Made by a program: the position numbers and the translations under genes. From NCBI GenBank assembly GCA_030739855.1, contig JASLYJ010000001.1, positions 6,998 through 70,997 on the forward strand: a stretch of DNA of 64,000 nucleotides, in the 5' to 3' direction. Of this stretch, positions 31,151-43,023 are shown piece by piece. How positions within the stretch are numbered: the first letter of the stretch is position 1; every line of letters begins with the position of its first letter. Below the pieces are notes generated by a model. That model saw only the letters and a list, made by a program, of their open reading frames with translations, was not told the DNA's origin and did not search any database. Source of the stretch: Alphaproteobacteria bacterium. Its GTDB lineage: Bacteria > Pseudomonadota > Alphaproteobacteria > UBA11136.

Positions 31151-33799
31151 CTACGGCTTCTCCGCTATCAGTTCCTTTAGGTGGTAGAGAAGCTCCATGG
31201 CTTCCTGGGGCGAAAGGTGGTCGGGATTAATCTCCTCCAGCGCTACTTCCACCGCTGAAGGCGCAAACGGGAGGGCGGCCTCAGAGGACGCCGGTGCCGC
31301 CGGTGCCGCCGAGAACAGAGGCAGATCATCGGCAAGCCGGTTCAGCGCCTCGCTTTGTTTCCCCTGTTCGAGAGAGTCGAGCACCCGGCGAGCGCGGGCA
31401 ACGACAACCGGCGGCAACCCTGCCAGCTTTGCCACATGAACGCCGTAGGAACCTTCCGCCACCCCTGGTGTAACTTCGTGCAGGAATACCACATCACCCT
31501 GCCAGTCCTTGACCCGCATGGTATGTAGAGAAAGCGCCGTTAGTGACGCTGCCAGCGCGGTAAGTTCGTGATAATGGGTAGCGAAGAGAGAGCGCGCACC
31601 GTTTACATCGTGGAGATGCTCCACACAGGCCCAAGCAATAGACAGGCCGTCATAGGTAGCGGTGCCACGGCCGATTTCATCCAAGATCACCAGGCTGCGC
31701 GGCCCAGCGCGGTGAAGAATGGCCGCTGTTTCCACCATTTCCACCATAAAGGTGGAACGCCCCCGCGCTAAATCGTCTGCCGCCCCCACTCGCGAGAAGA
31801 GACGGTCCACCACGCCAATGCGGGCGCTTTCCGCCGGCACGAAGAGTCCTGCATGGGCCATAATAGCTATGAGCGCATTCTGACGCAAAAACGTGCTTTT
31901 CCCTGCCATATTAGGGCCGGTCAGAAGCCACAGGCGTTGCGCCTGCGCCAAATCGCAGTCATTGGAGATAAAAGGCGTGGCGTTGTCTACTTCCAGTGCT
32001 ACTTCCACTACCGGATGACGTCCTGATTTTATTTCGAAATCAAAACTATCATCCACCCGGGGCCGACAATAACGCCTGATTACCGCCAGTTCGCCGTTGG
32101 CTGCAGCCACATCGAGGCCAGCCAACGCCGCTGCTGCACAGGCGATAAGCTCGGCACAGCCTGTCACCTCGCTCACCAAGTCTTCGAAGAGCTGGATCTC
32201 CAGCGCCAGGGCCTTGTCGGCAGCGTTGGTGATACGGCTCTCGAGATCGGCTAGTTCGGTAGTAGTATAGCGGGTGGCCGAGGCCATGGTCTGGCGGTGG
32301 ATAAAGGGGCTTTCGGGGTCGTCAGGTATTGCCCCCACATGGGTCGCTGTCACCTCCACGAAATAGCCCAGGACGTTGTTATGCCTAATCTTTAGCGAGG
32401 CGATACCCGTTTTGTTGGTATAGCGTCCTTGGAGTGCGGCGATAAGGTGCTTAGATTCGTCACGCAGAGTGAGCAGTTCGTCCAGTTCGGAGGCATATCC
32501 CGGCGCGATAAAACTGCCGTCGCACACCCTCGGTGGTAATTCCTCCGCCAGTGCCTGCGACAGTTTCTCGATGAGCACGTCATGACCGCCACCGCCTGGC
32601 GCAAGACCGGCCGCCATATTCGCGATTCCCTCCGGCGCGCTGATGGCAGCCTCAGTGAGCAAATCATGGAGTTTTCGCGCCGCCTCCAGAGCCTCACGGA
32701 TAGCAGCCAAATCACGAGGCCCACCACGCCCTAATGTCAGCCGCGAGAGCGCCCGTTCCACATCCGGACAACGCCGCAGAACCTCCCTAACATGTCCCCG
32801 CAGATCACCGTCGCCAACGAAAAAGTCCACCATATCGAGACGCCGAGCTATAGCCGCTACCTCCGTCATTGGGGCTGCGAGATGTGTGGCGAGGAGGCGC
32901 GCGCCAGCCCCAGTTAGAGTGACGTCGATGGTACGCAGGAGACTGCCATCTCTAGCCCCGGATAGGGACCGGAAGAGTTCCAGGTTGTGCGTGGTGGCGG
33001 AGTCAATTTCCAGTACGGACCCACGGGTGAAGGGTCGCGGCGGGGCAAGACGGGGCAAACGCCCCTTCTGAGTTAGTTCCACGTAGTCCACAACCGCGCC
33101 AGCTGCCGACACCCCGGCCCGAGAAAAGGCCCCGAAGGCATCCAGTGTCTTGACCCCGTAGAGATCTTTCAAGCGGCGCTTCGCCCCGATGCTGTCGAAA
33201 CAGCTGTCAGCCAGAGGGGTCAATACCTCCTTCCACCCATCGAAGAGTTCACGGAATTCGGGGACGTCGAGAAGCCGTCCGGAAACCAGTAATTCTTTCG
33301 GTTCGAGCCGCGTCAGAACCACCCCGAACTCGGCTCGTGCTAAATCCTGAACCCGGAAATCGCCAGTGGAGATATCAAGCCATGCGATGGCCACCTCGTC
33401 TTTAATCTCGACTAACGCCGCAAGGTAATTATGGGATCGGGCATCAAGCAGAGTGTCTTCGGTAAGGGTACCCGCCGTTACCACACGCACCACATCACGC
33501 TGCACCAGCGCCTTACCGCCACGTTTTCTGGCTTCTGCTGGGTCTTCGGTCTGTTCGGCCACCGCCACCTTAAACCCCTTGCGTATCAGCTTGGCTAGAT
33601 AGGATTCGTGGCTGTGCACCGGCACGCCGCACATAGGAATATTCTCACCCTCGTGCTTGCCGCGCCTGGTCAGGGTGATGTCCAGGGCCGCCGCCGCGGC
33701 CACCGCGTCATCGAAAAAGAGCTCGTAGAAATCCCCCATGCGGTAGAACAACAAACATCCGGGATGGGACTGCTTGATGTGGAGATATTGCTCCATCAT
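31151..33799 (-). CDS. mutS: DNA mismatch repair protein MutS
   Basis: Mismatch-binding N-terminus ([32 protein letters not shown]) and ABC ATPase Walker A ([16 protein letters not shown]). ORF extends to 33970 with a 57-aa low-complexity leader. Confidence 0.9.
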   Translation of the reverse strand: MMEQYLHIKQSHPGCLLFYRMGDFYELFFDDAVAAAAALDITLTRRGKHEGENIPMCGVPVHSHESYLAKLIRKGFKVAVAEQTEDPAEARKRGGKALVQRDVVRVVTAGTLTEDTLLDARSHNYLAALVEIKDEVAIAWLDISTGDFRVQDLARAEFGVVLTRLEPKELLVSGRLLDVPEFRELFDGWKEVLTPLADSCFDSIGAKRRLKDLYGVKTLDAFGAFSRAGVSAAGAVVDYVELTQKGRLPRLAPPRPFTRGSVLEIDSATTHNLELFRSLSGARDGSLLRTIDVTLTGAGARLLATHLAAPMTEVAAIARRLDMVDFFVGDGDLRGHVREVLRRCPDVERALSRLTLGRGGPRDLAAIREALEAARKLHDLLTEAAISAPEGIANMAAGLAPGGGGHDVLIEKLSQALAEELPPRVCDGSFIAPGYASELDELLTLRDESKHLIAALQGRYTNKTGIASLKIRHNNVLGYFVEVTATHVGAIPDDPESPFIHRQTMASATRYTTTELADLESRITNAADKALALEIQLFEDLVSEVTGCAELIACAAAALAGLDVAAANGELAVIRRYCRPRVDDSFDFEIKSGRHPVVEVALEVDNATPFISNDCDLAQAQRLWLLTGPNMAGKSTFLRQNALIAIMAHAGLFVPAESARIGVVDRLFSRVGAADDLARGRSTFMVEMVETAAILHRAGPRSLVILDEIGRGTATYDGLSIAWACVEHLHDVNGARSLFATHYHELTALAASLTALSLHTMRVKDWQGDVVFLHEVTPGVAEGSYGVHVAKLAGLPPVVVARARRVLDSLEQGKQSEALNRLADDLPLFSAAPAAPASSEAALPFAPSAVEVALEEINPDHLSPQEAMELLYHLKELIAEKP

Positions 33800-34134
33800 G
33801 GGTGTTGCGGCCACCTGACCCTTTTGTCCCTTGCTTTTTTCGGACTTTCCCAAGGGTAATTCGCCCCCTGTTTTTCTACTTTTCTTCGCCCCCGTGGAAG
33901 GAGTCTTGACCCCCTGGACTGAAGTTGCAGGTGGGTTCTTTGAGGAAGTCTCTGGCGTTAATTCACTCATGACCCGGTTCGCTGGCGGGCAGGGTGGGGA
34001 AAGTTTGGTAGGGGGATGGCATAGCTGAAATTAGCATGAGGAAAAAGTTAAGGCTACGAACAAGACTAGGATTTCCTTTCCGCATACGGCAACATGAACA
34101 TGAAGTCCTTTGTTGTTCAGACTTCTAACTAAGT

Positions 34135-35163
34135 GTGATAGCCGTCATGAAAAGAGCTTTCATTCTTATTGCCGCGCTGGCCGGGTTTATAGCCATACCG
34201 GCACAGGCGCGTGACCAAATCCGCATCGTCGGATCGTCCACGATTTTCCCCTTCACCACGGCCGTGGCCGAAGAATTCGGCATCACCACCCCGTTTCGCA
34301 CCCCCGTTGTGGAAAGCACCGGCACCGGCGGCGGCATGAAACTGTTCTGCGCTGGAGTCGGTACCAGGCATCCTGACGTAACCAACGCCTCGCGCCGCAT
34401 TAAAAAATCTGAGGTGGAAAAATGCGTCAGAAATGGCGTTACTGACATCACCGAGGTCAAGATCGGTTTCGACGGAATCGTGCTGGCTAATTCTCTTAAG
34501 GTCCCCAGAACATCCTTTAGCCTGCGCCATATCTTTCTGGGATTGGCCAAACAGGTTCCCGCCAACGAGACCGGGGCTACGTTACAACCTAATCCCTACG
34601 AGAAATGGAGCGATATTGATTCCACCCTTCCCAAGATAAAGATCAAGGTGCTGGGCCCGCCACCCACCTCGGGCAGCCGTGATGCCTTCGCTGAACTGGC
34701 CCTAGAAGGCGGATGCAAGACGTTTTCTGATCTCAAGGCCATGAAAAATAGTGACAAGAACACCTACAAGGTTGTGTGTCATTCCATCCGCGAGGATGGC
34801 GCCTATGTGGAGGCTGGAGAGAATGACAATCTCATTATCCGGAAGCTGGAGGCCGACACCAATGCCTTTGGGGTCTTCGGCTTCAGCTTCCTCGACCAGA
34901 ATCAGGACAAAGTCCAAGGTTCATTGGTGAACGATGTGTCACCTGAGTTCGAGAATATCGCCGATGGCAAATATCCCGTGGCGCGATCGCTCTATTTCTA
35001 TGTTAAGAACGCCCATATGGACATCATTCCCGGCATAGAGGCTTTCGTCTCCGAGTTCACCAGTGACAACGCCATGGGCAAAGACGGCTACCTTATCGAT
35101 AAGGGGCTGATCCCCTTAGGCGAGGATGAAAGGAAACAACAGATAGAAAAGCTTTCTATGTAG
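34135..35163 (+). CDS. pstS: phosphate ABC transporter substrate-binding protein PstS
   Basis: Signal peptide plus PBP fold (RIVGSSTIFPF...GTGGG...LGPPPTSGSRDAF). GTG start at 34135 or ATG at 34147. Confidence 0.85.
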   Translation: MIAVMKRAFILIAALAGFIAIPAQARDQIRIVGSSTIFPFTTAVAEEFGITTPFRTPVVESTGTGGGMKLFCAGVGTRHPDVTNASRRIKKSEVEKCVRNGVTDITEVKIGFDGIVLANSLKVPRTSFSLRHIFLGLAKQVPANETGATLQPNPYEKWSDIDSTLPKIKIKVLGPPPTSGSRDAFAELALEGGCKTFSDLKAMKNSDKNTYKVVCHSIREDGAYVEAGENDNLIIRKLEADTNAFGVFGFSFLDQNQDKVQGSLVNDVSPEFENIADGKYPVARSLYFYVKNAHMDIIPGIEAFVSEFTSDNAMGKDGYLIDKGLIPLGEDERKQQIEKLSM

Positions 35164-35197
35164 GAGTCTTATCCTACCAAAAACTGATTGAGGAAAT

Positions 35198-36580
35198 ATG
35201 CAGTTTTTTGTTCTTGCCGTCACGCTTGTAGTCCTTACTGGCATTGGCTTCTTCTTCGGCCGCAGCCACGCTCTGTCAAGCGTTTCTGGGAGGGCGAGGA
35301 ACCTGCATTCCCTGCCTGACTATTACGGATGGTATCTGGCCCTGTGGTGCGGCCTTCCCTCTTTTGGGCTGTTCTTGCTGTGGGTTCTTGCCGAACCTTA
35401 TCTTATTGACGTCTTAGTCATTAATCAGATGTCCGCGGTCCTTCCTGATAAATGGGCCGGCTCTTCTGATTTGATCCTTAACTTGGTGCAAAGCTTAGCT
35501 GCCGGCCACACCGTGCCCGGCGAGGCCACACCTGCCTTGCAGGAAGCTGCGGATCATTACAATGCCCTGAAAAAAACCAGCTTTGCTGGTCTGGCCGCCG
35601 CCATGGCGAGCCTGGTAGCGGCGGGCTTAGCATGGGGATTGCGTCAGATCACGCCCGGTCTGCGCGCCCGCAATCAGGTGGAAAAAGTCCTGCGGTGGCT
35701 ACTCGTGGCCAGCGCTACCATCGCCGTTCTTACTACTATTGGTATTATCCTTTCACTTCTTTTTGAAACCATCCGCTTCTTCCAGCTTACCCCTTTCTGG
35801 GACTTCCTGTTCGGTCTGAGCTGGAGCCCTCAGACCTCCATCCGCACTGACCAAGTGGGTAGCTCCGGGGAATTCGGTGCCATTCCCCTGTTTACTGGAA
35901 CTCTTTTGGTGACGTTCATCGCTATGGCAGTAGCCGTACCTATAGGCCTTATGTCGGCCATATACATGGCCGATTACGCCTCCCCGAAGATACGTAATAT
36001 TGCTAAGCCGATGCTGGAAGTTCTGGCTGGAATCCCCACTGTGGTTTATGGCTTTTTCGCAGCGCTGACCGTGGGGCCGTTCCTGCGCGATGTGGGTATG
36101 GCCACGGGGCTGGAAGTGTCTTCCGAAAGCGCCCTAGCAGCCGGCGGGGTCATGGGGATCATGATCATTCCTTTTATTTCGTCATTGTCCGACGACATTA
36201 TCGCTGCCGTACCCCAATCCCTACGCGACGGCTCCCTAGCCTTGGGTGCGACGCGCTCAGAAACCGTGCGCAGCGTGGTTCTTCCTGCTGCCCTGCCGGG
36301 CGTTATCAGTGCCTGTCTTCTTGGTGTCTCACGCGCCATCGGCGAGACCATGATCGTGGTCATGGCTGCGGGGCTTGCCGCCAAACTGACAGCCAACCCA
36401 CTGGAGTCCGTGACCACAGTGACGGTTCAGATCGTCACCCTGCTGGTGGGAGACCAGGAATTCGACAGCGCTAAGACACTGGCCGCTTTTGCGTTGGGGC
36501 TGGTTCTGTTCGCCGTGACGCTAGTCCTTAACTTGGTCGCACTACGGGTAGTTCAGAAATTCAGAGAACAGTACGATTAA
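35198..36580 (+). CDS. pstC: phosphate ABC transporter permease PstC (long form)
   Basis: 460-aa ORF with the ABC permease EAA-like loop (LGATRSETVRSVVLPAALPGV) and multiple transmembrane segments. Confidence 0.9.
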   Translation: MQFFVLAVTLVVLTGIGFFFGRSHALSSVSGRARNLHSLPDYYGWYLALWCGLPSFGLFLLWVLAEPYLIDVLVINQMSAVLPDKWAGSSDLILNLVQSLAAGHTVPGEATPALQEAADHYNALKKTSFAGLAAAMASLVAAGLAWGLRQITPGLRARNQVEKVLRWLLVASATIAVLTTIGIILSLLFETIRFFQLTPFWDFLFGLSWSPQTSIRTDQVGSSGEFGAIPLFTGTLLVTFIAMAVAVPIGLMSAIYMADYASPKIRNIAKPMLEVLAGIPTVVYGFFAALTVGPFLRDVGMATGLEVSSESALAAGGVMGIMIIPFISSLSDDIIAAVPQSLRDGSLALGATRSETVRSVVLPAALPGVISACLLGVSRAIGETMIVVMAAGLAAKLTANPLESVTTVTVQIVTLLVGDQEFDSAKTLAAFALGLVLFAVTLVLNLVALRVVQKFREQYD

Positions 36581-36631
36581 GTCCAGCATGAAAAACATAT
36601 TGCAAAACCTCTCCGAAAGGCGCGTGAATTA

Positions 36632-37921
36632 ATGACTGTTTCACACATGTCAACATCAAAACTGACCGCGGCATCGCTGCACCGCCGACATGCTGTAGAG
36701 AAGCGGTTCCGCGCCTATGGTGTTGTCGCCATCGTTACCGCACTGGTATTTCTTATTATTTTGCTTTCCAGCATGCTCTCTAAGGGATATAGCGCTTTCT
36801 TTCAGGCCCAGATTCGCCTTCCCGTCTTTTTTTCCCAGGATGTTATAGACCCCAAGAGGACTAATAGCTCCGAAATCATCGCCCGTGCAAATTACCAGAT
36901 TCTTGTGCGCAATGCTTTGAAGGCCCGGTTTCCTGATGTAAAAAAACGCCGCGAGGTCAAAAAGCTCACTATGCTGATAAGCCGCGGCGCGAGGCGTCAC
37001 CTTCGGGCTATGGTGGCACACGAACCCTCCCTTATTGGTACTACTCAAGAAGTCTGGCTGTTGGCCTCGGGAGATGCCGACATGTTTCTCAAGGGCGCTA
37101 TCCCCCGCGACATTCCGGAAAAGAGCAGGCGTATTAATGACCGCCAGATCGCCTGGCTCAACGCCTTGGAAGAAGACGGTGCTTCGCGTAGGCGTTTCAA
37201 CGTTAATTTCTTCACGGCCGGTGATTCTCGCGAAGCCGAACAAGCCGGCATCTGGGGCGCCATTGTAGGCTCTGCGCTGACACTCATTGTTACGCTGATT
37301 CTTTCCTTTCCCGTGAGTGTCACCGCGGCGGTGTATCTGGAGGAGCTTTCGACCAAAAACTGGTGGACCGATTTCCTGGAGGTCAACATCAACAATATGG
37401 CGGCAGTGCCCAGTATAATTTACGGCCTTTTTGGATTGGCAATATTTCTCAATGTCATGCACCTTCCCCGTTCCGCCCCCGTGGTGGGTGGCATCGTGCT
37501 AGCGCTTATGACCTTTCCCACCATCATTATCGCTACTCGCGCATCGCTGAAGGCGGTGCCGCCCTCCATCCGCGAGGCCGCCCGAGGCCTTGGCGCCTCT
37601 CCAGCGCAGGTGGTACTGCACCATGTGTTGCCGCTAGCCATGCCGGGAATCTTCACCGGCACCATTATCGGCATGTCCCGCGCTCTTGGGGAATCTGCGC
37701 CGTTGCTGATGATTGGTATGGTTGCCTTCATTGTTGACATCCCCCAAGGCCTTTTTGATCCGGCCTCCGTGCTGCCGGTACAGATATACCTATGGGCTGA
37801 CAGCCCCGAACGCGCCTTCGTTGAAAAGACGGCGGCTGCTACATTGGTTCTGATGGTCTTTCTGGTTGTGATGAACGCTACGGCGGTTGTTCTGCGCCGT
37901 AAATTCGAAAAACGGTGGTAA
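36632..37921 (+). CDS. pstA: phosphate ABC transporter permease PstA
   Basis: 429-aa ORF. Permease signature ([24 protein letters not shown]) and C-terminal transmembrane bundle. Confidence 0.9.
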   Translation: MTVSHMSTSKLTAASLHRRHAVEKRFRAYGVVAIVTALVFLIILLSSMLSKGYSAFFQAQIRLPVFFSQDVIDPKRTNSSEIIARANYQILVRNALKARFPDVKKRREVKKLTMLISRGARRHLRAMVAHEPSLIGTTQEVWLLASGDADMFLKGAIPRDIPEKSRRINDRQIAWLNALEEDGASRRRFNVNFFTAGDSREAEQAGIWGAIVGSALTLIVTLILSFPVSVTAAVYLEELSTKNWWTDFLEVNINNMAAVPSIIYGLFGLAIFLNVMHLPRSAPVVGGIVLALMTFPTIIIATRASLKAVPPSIREAARGLGASPAQVVLHHVLPLAMPGIFTGTIIGMSRALGESAPLLMIGMVAFIVDIPQGLFDPASVLPVQIYLWADSPERAFVEKTAAATLVLMVFLVVMNATAVVLRRKFEKRW

Positions 37922-37949
37922 GGTTCGAGCAAAACACGAGACCGAAAAT

Positions 37950-38816
37950 ATGGGCAAACAAGAGACAAACGTTGTGGATGTGCGGACACCACGGGTGAGC
38001 ATCGCTATACCCCAGGGGGAAAAGGGCGACAACGGGCAGGCGGGGGCTGCCAAGGAAAAGCCGCTCAAGATGCGCACACAAGGCGTCAACGTGTTTTACG
38101 GTGACAATCAGGCGCTCTCCGAGATTGATCTCGACATCCGTGAAAACGAGGTGACGGCGCTTATCGGGCCTTCAGGATGTGGCAAGTCCACTTATTTGCG
38201 CTGCCTCAACCGCATGAATGACACCATTGAGGGATGCCAGGTTGAAGGCACGGTGACGTTGGACGGCGAGAATATCTATGACCGTACAGTGGATGTAGTG
38301 CACTTACGCGCCCGTATCGGAATGGTCTTCCAAAAGCCCAACCCGTTCCCCAAGTCCATTTATGACAACGTAGCCTACGGGCCACGGATTCACGGGTTGG
38401 TGTCGTCACAGGATGCTTTAAATGAAATCGTCATGACCTCATTGACCAAGGCGGGATTGCTGGACGAAGTGCGCAACCGCCTGCATGAACCCGGTACTGG
38501 CCTTTCCGGCGGCCAGCAACAGCGCCTGTGCATCGCCAGGGCCATTGCTGTCAACCCGGAAGTAATTCTGATGGACGAGCCCTGTTCGGCGCTCGACCCC
38601 ATCGCCACGGCACGCATCGAAGAGTTGATCGATGAACTCAGGAAAAATTACACCATCATCATCGTCACCCATAACATGCAGCAAGCGGCACGAGTGTCCC
38701 AGCGCACGGCTTTCTTTCATCTTGGTGTATTGGTGGAATTCGGAGATACGGAACGAGTGTTCACAAGCCCCCGTGATGAACGCACCCAAGGCTATATAAC
38801 AGGACGTTTCGGCTAG
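37950..38816 (+). CDS. pstB: phosphate ABC transporter ATP-binding protein PstB
   Basis: Walker A (GPSGCGKST), ABC signature (LSGGQQQRL), Walker B ([11 protein letters not shown]). ATG at 37950 chosen over the ORF start at 37887 to avoid overlap with pstA. Confidence 0.9.
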   Translation: MGKQETNVVDVRTPRVSIAIPQGEKGDNGQAGAAKEKPLKMRTQGVNVFYGDNQALSEIDLDIRENEVTALIGPSGCGKSTYLRCLNRMNDTIEGCQVEGTVTLDGENIYDRTVDVVHLRARIGMVFQKPNPFPKSIYDNVAYGPRIHGLVSSQDALNEIVMTSLTKAGLLDEVRNRLHEPGTGLSGGQQQRLCIARAIAVNPEVILMDEPCSALDPIATARIEELIDELRKNYTIIIVTHNMQQAARVSQRTAFFHLGVLVEFGDTERVFTSPRDERTQGYITGRFG

Positions 38817-38853
38817 AACTTATCGCTTCGGCTACCCTTTAAGGAACAAGACT

Positions 38854-39648
38854 ATGGCCACACAACAACATATCGTTTCCTCCTATGACAAAGAGCTGGA
38901 GCACCTCAACGAGACTATCATGCGGATGGGCGGGATCGCCGGATCACAGCTCGACCAGGCCATGAAGTCCGTCCTCAAGCGCGACAGCGCCATGGCCAAA
39001 GAGGTGGTGGAAAGCGACTACAAGGTGGACGATCTCGAACACGAGGTGGCTACCTTTACCGTGCGCCTTCTGGCGCTACGCCAGCCCATGGCTGTGGACC
39101 TGCGTAATATTGTGGCGGCACTCAAAATTTCCAGTGATATCGAACGCATCGCCGATTATGCCTCCAACGTGGCCAAACGCTCCATTGCCCTTTCCCGGTT
39201 TCCCGAAATCAAACTTGTGCGAACCTTGCCACTCATGGGTCGCCAGGTACAGCAGATGTTCAAGGACGTCCTCGACGCCTATGCCCAGCGTAACGCGGCA
39301 AAAGCTATGCAGGTGTGGGGAAGCGATGAAGAGGTGGACGAGATGTATACCAGCCTCTTCCGCGAACTTCTAACCTATATGATGGAAGACCCACGAAGCA
39401 TCACTGTCTGTACCCTTTTGTTGTTTATGGGTAAGAATCTGGAACGGGCAGGTGACCACATAACCAACATTTCCGAAAATATCTATTTCTTGGTTCACGG
39501 TAAGCCCGTGTATCAAGACCGCCCAAAATTTGAAGAAAGCTATTACCGGGTCATGAAACAGGCCGAAGACAACGCTGCCACTGAAAGCGGAAAGATAGCA
39601 AAAAAGGGAGCTAAAAAAGCACCCCGCAAAAAGTCCACAAAAAAGTAG
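38854..39648 (+). CDS. phoU: phosphate signalling complex protein PhoU (with ~30-aa Lys-rich C-terminal tail)
   Basis: Two PhoU repeats (DxxxD motifs: DIERIADYASN, NLERAGDHITN). Tail ...ESGKIAKKGAKKAPRKKSTKK. Confidence 0.9.
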   Translation: MATQQHIVSSYDKELEHLNETIMRMGGIAGSQLDQAMKSVLKRDSAMAKEVVESDYKVDDLEHEVATFTVRLLALRQPMAVDLRNIVAALKISSDIERIADYASNVAKRSIALSRFPEIKLVRTLPLMGRQVQQMFKDVLDAYAQRNAAKAMQVWGSDEEVDEMYTSLFRELLTYMMEDPRSITVCTLLLFMGKNLERAGDHITNISENIYFLVHGKPVYQDRPKFEESYYRVMKQAEDNAATESGKIAKKGAKKAPRKKSTKK

Positions 39649-39712
39649 GCGTCGCCCCCTGACGGCTGGCCTGCCCCGGCCTGAAACAATCGGGTGAGGT
39701 GAATAAAGCGAA

Positions 39713-41023
39713 CTAGCCTGGTAGCGGGCGGCGCATGAGCCATATGAGCAACAGCAGCCCTGGAAGCGCAGCAGCGGTGGAAGCCATGAAAAAAGTAACC
39801 CAGCCCAATTCCTGCGCTGCCCAGCCCCCTCCCGAGGCCAACACCGTGCGCCCCAAGGCCATGACCGAAGACAGCAGCGCGTATTGGGTAGCCGAAAAGA
39901 CGTGGCTGCACAAGCTCGAGAGGTAGGCAACGAAGGCCGCCGAGCCCATGCCGCCGGTGACATTTTCAATCCCAATGGTGGCCGCCAGAAGCCCTACGTC
40001 ATGGCCCACCGTGGCCTGATACGCAAACATGAGGTTAGATAGCGCCTGCAGAATACCGCACAGAAGAAGGGTGCGGAAAATCCCCAGCCGGTAAACCATG
40101 GCACCGCCCACCACGATGCCCACCACCGTGGCCGCCACGCCGAAGATCTTGCTCACATTGGCAATTTCTATCTTGGTGAAGCCCATATCTACATAAAAGG
40201 GGCTGGCCATGACCCCGGCCAAGGCGTCACCGAACTTGTAGAACAGGATAAAAACCAGAATCACCATCCATTCGCCATGACGGCGCATGAAATCGGTAAA
40301 GGGCGCCACCACCGCCTCGTAAAGTTGCCGGGAAAAGGATGTTTTTACCTCCGCTGTAGCGCCGTTATCTGTCGGTTCCGGGGTAAACAGCACGGCGGCC
40401 ATACCCACACAGACACAGGCTGCCATGGCCATATAGGCAAACGGCCATCCGCCATAGGTTGCGGCGTAAAGTGCACCCGCGCCCGAGACCAGCATGCCGC
40501 CGCGATAGCCTAGCTGCGTGGAGGCTGCGCCCGCACCCTGTTCGTGGTCGGCCAGAAGGTCGATGCGGAAGGCATCAATAACGATATCCTGGCTGGCGGA
40601 AAAAAAGGCCACCAACATTGCCAGCAGCGCGGTTTTTTCAAGATTGATGGTGGGATCGCTGTGCCCAAGTTCCACCAAGGTGGCCATGAGCGCGATCTGG
40701 GTCGTCAGCGCCCAGCTGCGCCGCCGCCCCAGCCTTCGCGTCAACCACGGGATACGTCCCCGATCCATCAGTGGTGCCCACAGAAATTTCAGGTTGTAGG
40801 CAATGCCCACCAGGGCAAAAAAGCCGATAGTGGTCAGCGAGATATTCGATTCGGCCATCCACACTGCCAAGGTAGCACCGGAGAGCGCTAACGGCAGGCC
40901 ACTGGAAAACCCCATGAAAAAGATAGCGATGATGCGGCGGTCGCCGTAGACGGCGAAAGCCTCTTCCCAACCCCTAGCATCAAGAAAACTCTTAAAAGCC
41001 GCCATATCCTCCACTTTTCCCAA
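39713..41023 (-). CDS. ampG: AmpG-family muropeptide permease (MFS)
   Basis: MFS fold with AmpG signatures (FFMGFSSGLPLAL, SPFYVDMGFTKIEIANVSKIFG). Confidence 0.8.
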   Translation of the reverse strand: MGKVEDMAAFKSFLDARGWEEAFAVYGDRRIIAIFFMGFSSGLPLALSGATLAVWMAESNISLTTIGFFALVGIAYNLKFLWAPLMDRGRIPWLTRRLGRRRSWALTTQIALMATLVELGHSDPTINLEKTALLAMLVAFFSASQDIVIDAFRIDLLADHEQGAGAASTQLGYRGGMLVSGAGALYAATYGGWPFAYMAMAACVCVGMAAVLFTPEPTDNGATAEVKTSFSRQLYEAVVAPFTDFMRRHGEWMVILVFILFYKFGDALAGVMASPFYVDMGFTKIEIANVSKIFGVAATVVGIVVGGAMVYRLGIFRTLLLCGILQALSNLMFAYQATVGHDVGLLAATIGIENVTGGMGSAAFVAYLSSLCSHVFSATQYALLSSVMALGRTVLASGGGWAAQELGWVTFFMASTAAALPGLLLLIWLMRRPLPG

Positions 41024-41187
41024 GTTTCAGAGCTTCCAGTAGCGCCCCTGTCGAATCAGTATGACTAGTAAATGCGACCCCGAATGCTGATGCCATTTCG
41101 AACCCGCAATCGTTCTGCTTGCGTTTATATCCGGCCCGTTTTTTTCGTTTTCCCTTCATCTGTCTCCTACTGCGGTTCTTTCATTTC

Positions 41188-42174
41188 TCAATCCGCAGGC
41201 AACAGGTCAGCGAGGGTAGTTTCGGGACGAGCGCCGAAATGGCTGATGATTTCCCCGGCGGCAAGAGAGCCAATATGACCGCAGGCGGCAAAATCTTTGT
41301 CCCGGGTATAGCCGAAAAGGAATCCTGAGGCATAGAGGTCGCCGGCTCCTGTGGTGTCTGTTACCTGGTCCACCGGGGCGGCATCGATGACATGCATTTC
41401 GTCACCGGCGGTGACAACCGAGCCCTTTTCGCTGCGGGTCAATGCCACGACTTCACACAGCCCCCGGGTGTGCTGAAGAGCATCGTCGAAATCTTTCGCC
41501 CCTACCAGGGCGGTGATCTCCACCTCATTGGCAAACAGGATATTTACATGGCTGCGAATGAAGGCGAGAAAATCTTCGCGGAAGGCGTCCACCAGGAAGG
41601 CGTCAGACAAGGTAAAGGAGACCTTGTTGCCGGCCCCGGCAGCGATTTGTACAGCCTTTATCAGAGCCTCGCGGCTGCTGTTGGAGGCCCACAGATATCC
41701 CTCGAGATATGTGACTCTGGCGGCGGCGATCAGGTCTTCGTTTATATCATCTGGTCCCAGTGCCACGCTGGCGCCGAGATAAGTTTGCATGGTGCGCTGG
41801 GCGTCAGGGGTAACAAAGATGAGACAGCGAGCTGTGGGCGCGCCGCTTGTGGCTAGCGTTGTGTCATAGCGCACCCCCGCAGCTTGGATATCGTGGCTGA
41901 AAATACCGCCAAGCTGGTCGTTGCGCACTTTGCCGACGAAGGCACCGTTCCCCCCTAGCGAAGCAAACCCAGCCATTGTATTGGACGCGGAGCCACCGGA
42001 AACTTCTACTGCCGGTCCCATTTCATCGTAGAGTTGCTGGGCCTGATCGACGTCCACAAGGGTCATAGCCCCCTTGGTAAGACCGTTTTTGACGAGAAAG
42101 GTTTCATCGGCGTGAGTCAGCACGTCTACCACCGCGTTACCGATCCCCACCAGGTCAAGATAGGCCTGCGCCAT
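41188..42174 (-). CDS. PfkB-family carbohydrate/nucleoside kinase (adenosine kinase-like)
   Basis: PfkB motifs (GGSASNTMAGFASLGG, DTTGAGDLYASGFLFG). ATG at 42174 with a strong AAAGGAG ribosome-binding site 8 nt upstream; the TTG at 42180 is the ORF-track start. Confidence 0.75.
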   Translation of the reverse strand: MAQAYLDLVGIGNAVVDVLTHADETFLVKNGLTKGAMTLVDVDQAQQLYDEMGPAVEVSGGSASNTMAGFASLGGNGAFVGKVRNDQLGGIFSHDIQAAGVRYDTTLATSGAPTARCLIFVTPDAQRTMQTYLGASVALGPDDINEDLIAAARVTYLEGYLWASNSSREALIKAVQIAAGAGNKVSFTLSDAFLVDAFREDFLAFIRSHVNILFANEVEITALVGAKDFDDALQHTRGLCEVVALTRSEKGSVVTAGDEMHVIDAAPVDQVTDTTGAGDLYASGFLFGYTRDKDFAACGHIGSLAAGEIISHFGARPETTLADLLPAD

Positions 42175-42298
42175 GACCAAGATCTCCTTTCATGCTCACG
42201 GGAACCGGCGCAGTATAGCCGCCGCACATGACCGCACAAGCGCGGTGGCAGCCCCTTCCTTGCATGGTGGACGCAGAACAGGTTATGGAAGGAGTGCC

Positions 42299-43000
42299 AT
42301 GTTAGCCGCCCTCTCCAAGACCCTCGGCCAGATCACAGATCCCCGCATCCGCTCCATCCTGTGGAAGACGCTGCTGCTGGCGCTCAGCCTTTTCATCCTG
42401 TTGTTCATGGGGGTGGGGGTGGTGCTGTCCGAGATCCAGTTCTTCGCCATAGGCTGGCTTGAATCCACGTTGGAATTGCTGGGCGGCATCGCCACCCTGG
42501 TGCTGGCCTGGATCCTGTTTCCCAGCGTCGTGGTGCTGATCCTGAGTTTCTTCCTCGAGAACGTGGCCCAGGCCGTGGAAAACCGACACCATCCCGACCT
42601 CGGCCCGGCCCGGGTTCAGCCGTGGCGGGAAGTCGTAGTGATCGCGGTGAAATTTGCCCTCATCACCATCGTCCTCAACATCCTGGCGCTGCCCCTGTAC
42701 ATATTGCTTTATTTCGTAGGCATCGGGATCGTCCTCTATTACCTGTTGAACGGCTATCTGCTGGGGCGGGAATATTTCGAACTGGTTGCACTGCGCCGCC
42801 TAGAGGCCGAAGACGCCAATACCCTGCGCCAGGCCTTTTCAGGACAAATTGTGCTATGCGGCACCTTGATCGCCTTTCTTTCCAGCCTACCACTAATCAA
42901 TCTTCTGGCCCCGGTAATTGGAATCATGCTCATGGTGCATACAGTGGCGGATTTGCGCCGAAAACACGAGGCGCGTCAGGCCTCCGGAAAAGGACCCTAA
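42299..43000 (+). CDS. EI24/CysZ-family inner-membrane protein
   Basis: Four to five transmembrane segments and EI24 domain pattern. AAGGAG ribosome-binding site before the ATG at 42299; the ORF track starts further upstream at 42173. Confidence 0.65.
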   Translation: MLAALSKTLGQITDPRIRSILWKTLLLALSLFILLFMGVGVVLSEIQFFAIGWLESTLELLGGIATLVLAWILFPSVVVLILSFFLENVAQAVENRHHPDLGPARVQPWREVVVIAVKFALITIVLNILALPLYILLYFVGIGIVLYYLLNGYLLGREYFELVALRRLEAEDANTLRQAFSGQIVLCGTLIAFLSSLPLINLLAPVIGIMLMVHTVADLRRKHEARQASGKGP

Positions 43001-43023
43001 AGGGAACGAGAGGATAAGAAGCC

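Noticed and set aside
41080-41130. GGGTTCGAAATGG on the minus strand, resembling a tRNA T-arm
   Set aside because: No flanking acceptor, D or anticodon stems and no CCA context. The region is the ampG upstream spacer. No tRNA gene is supported anywhere in the window.
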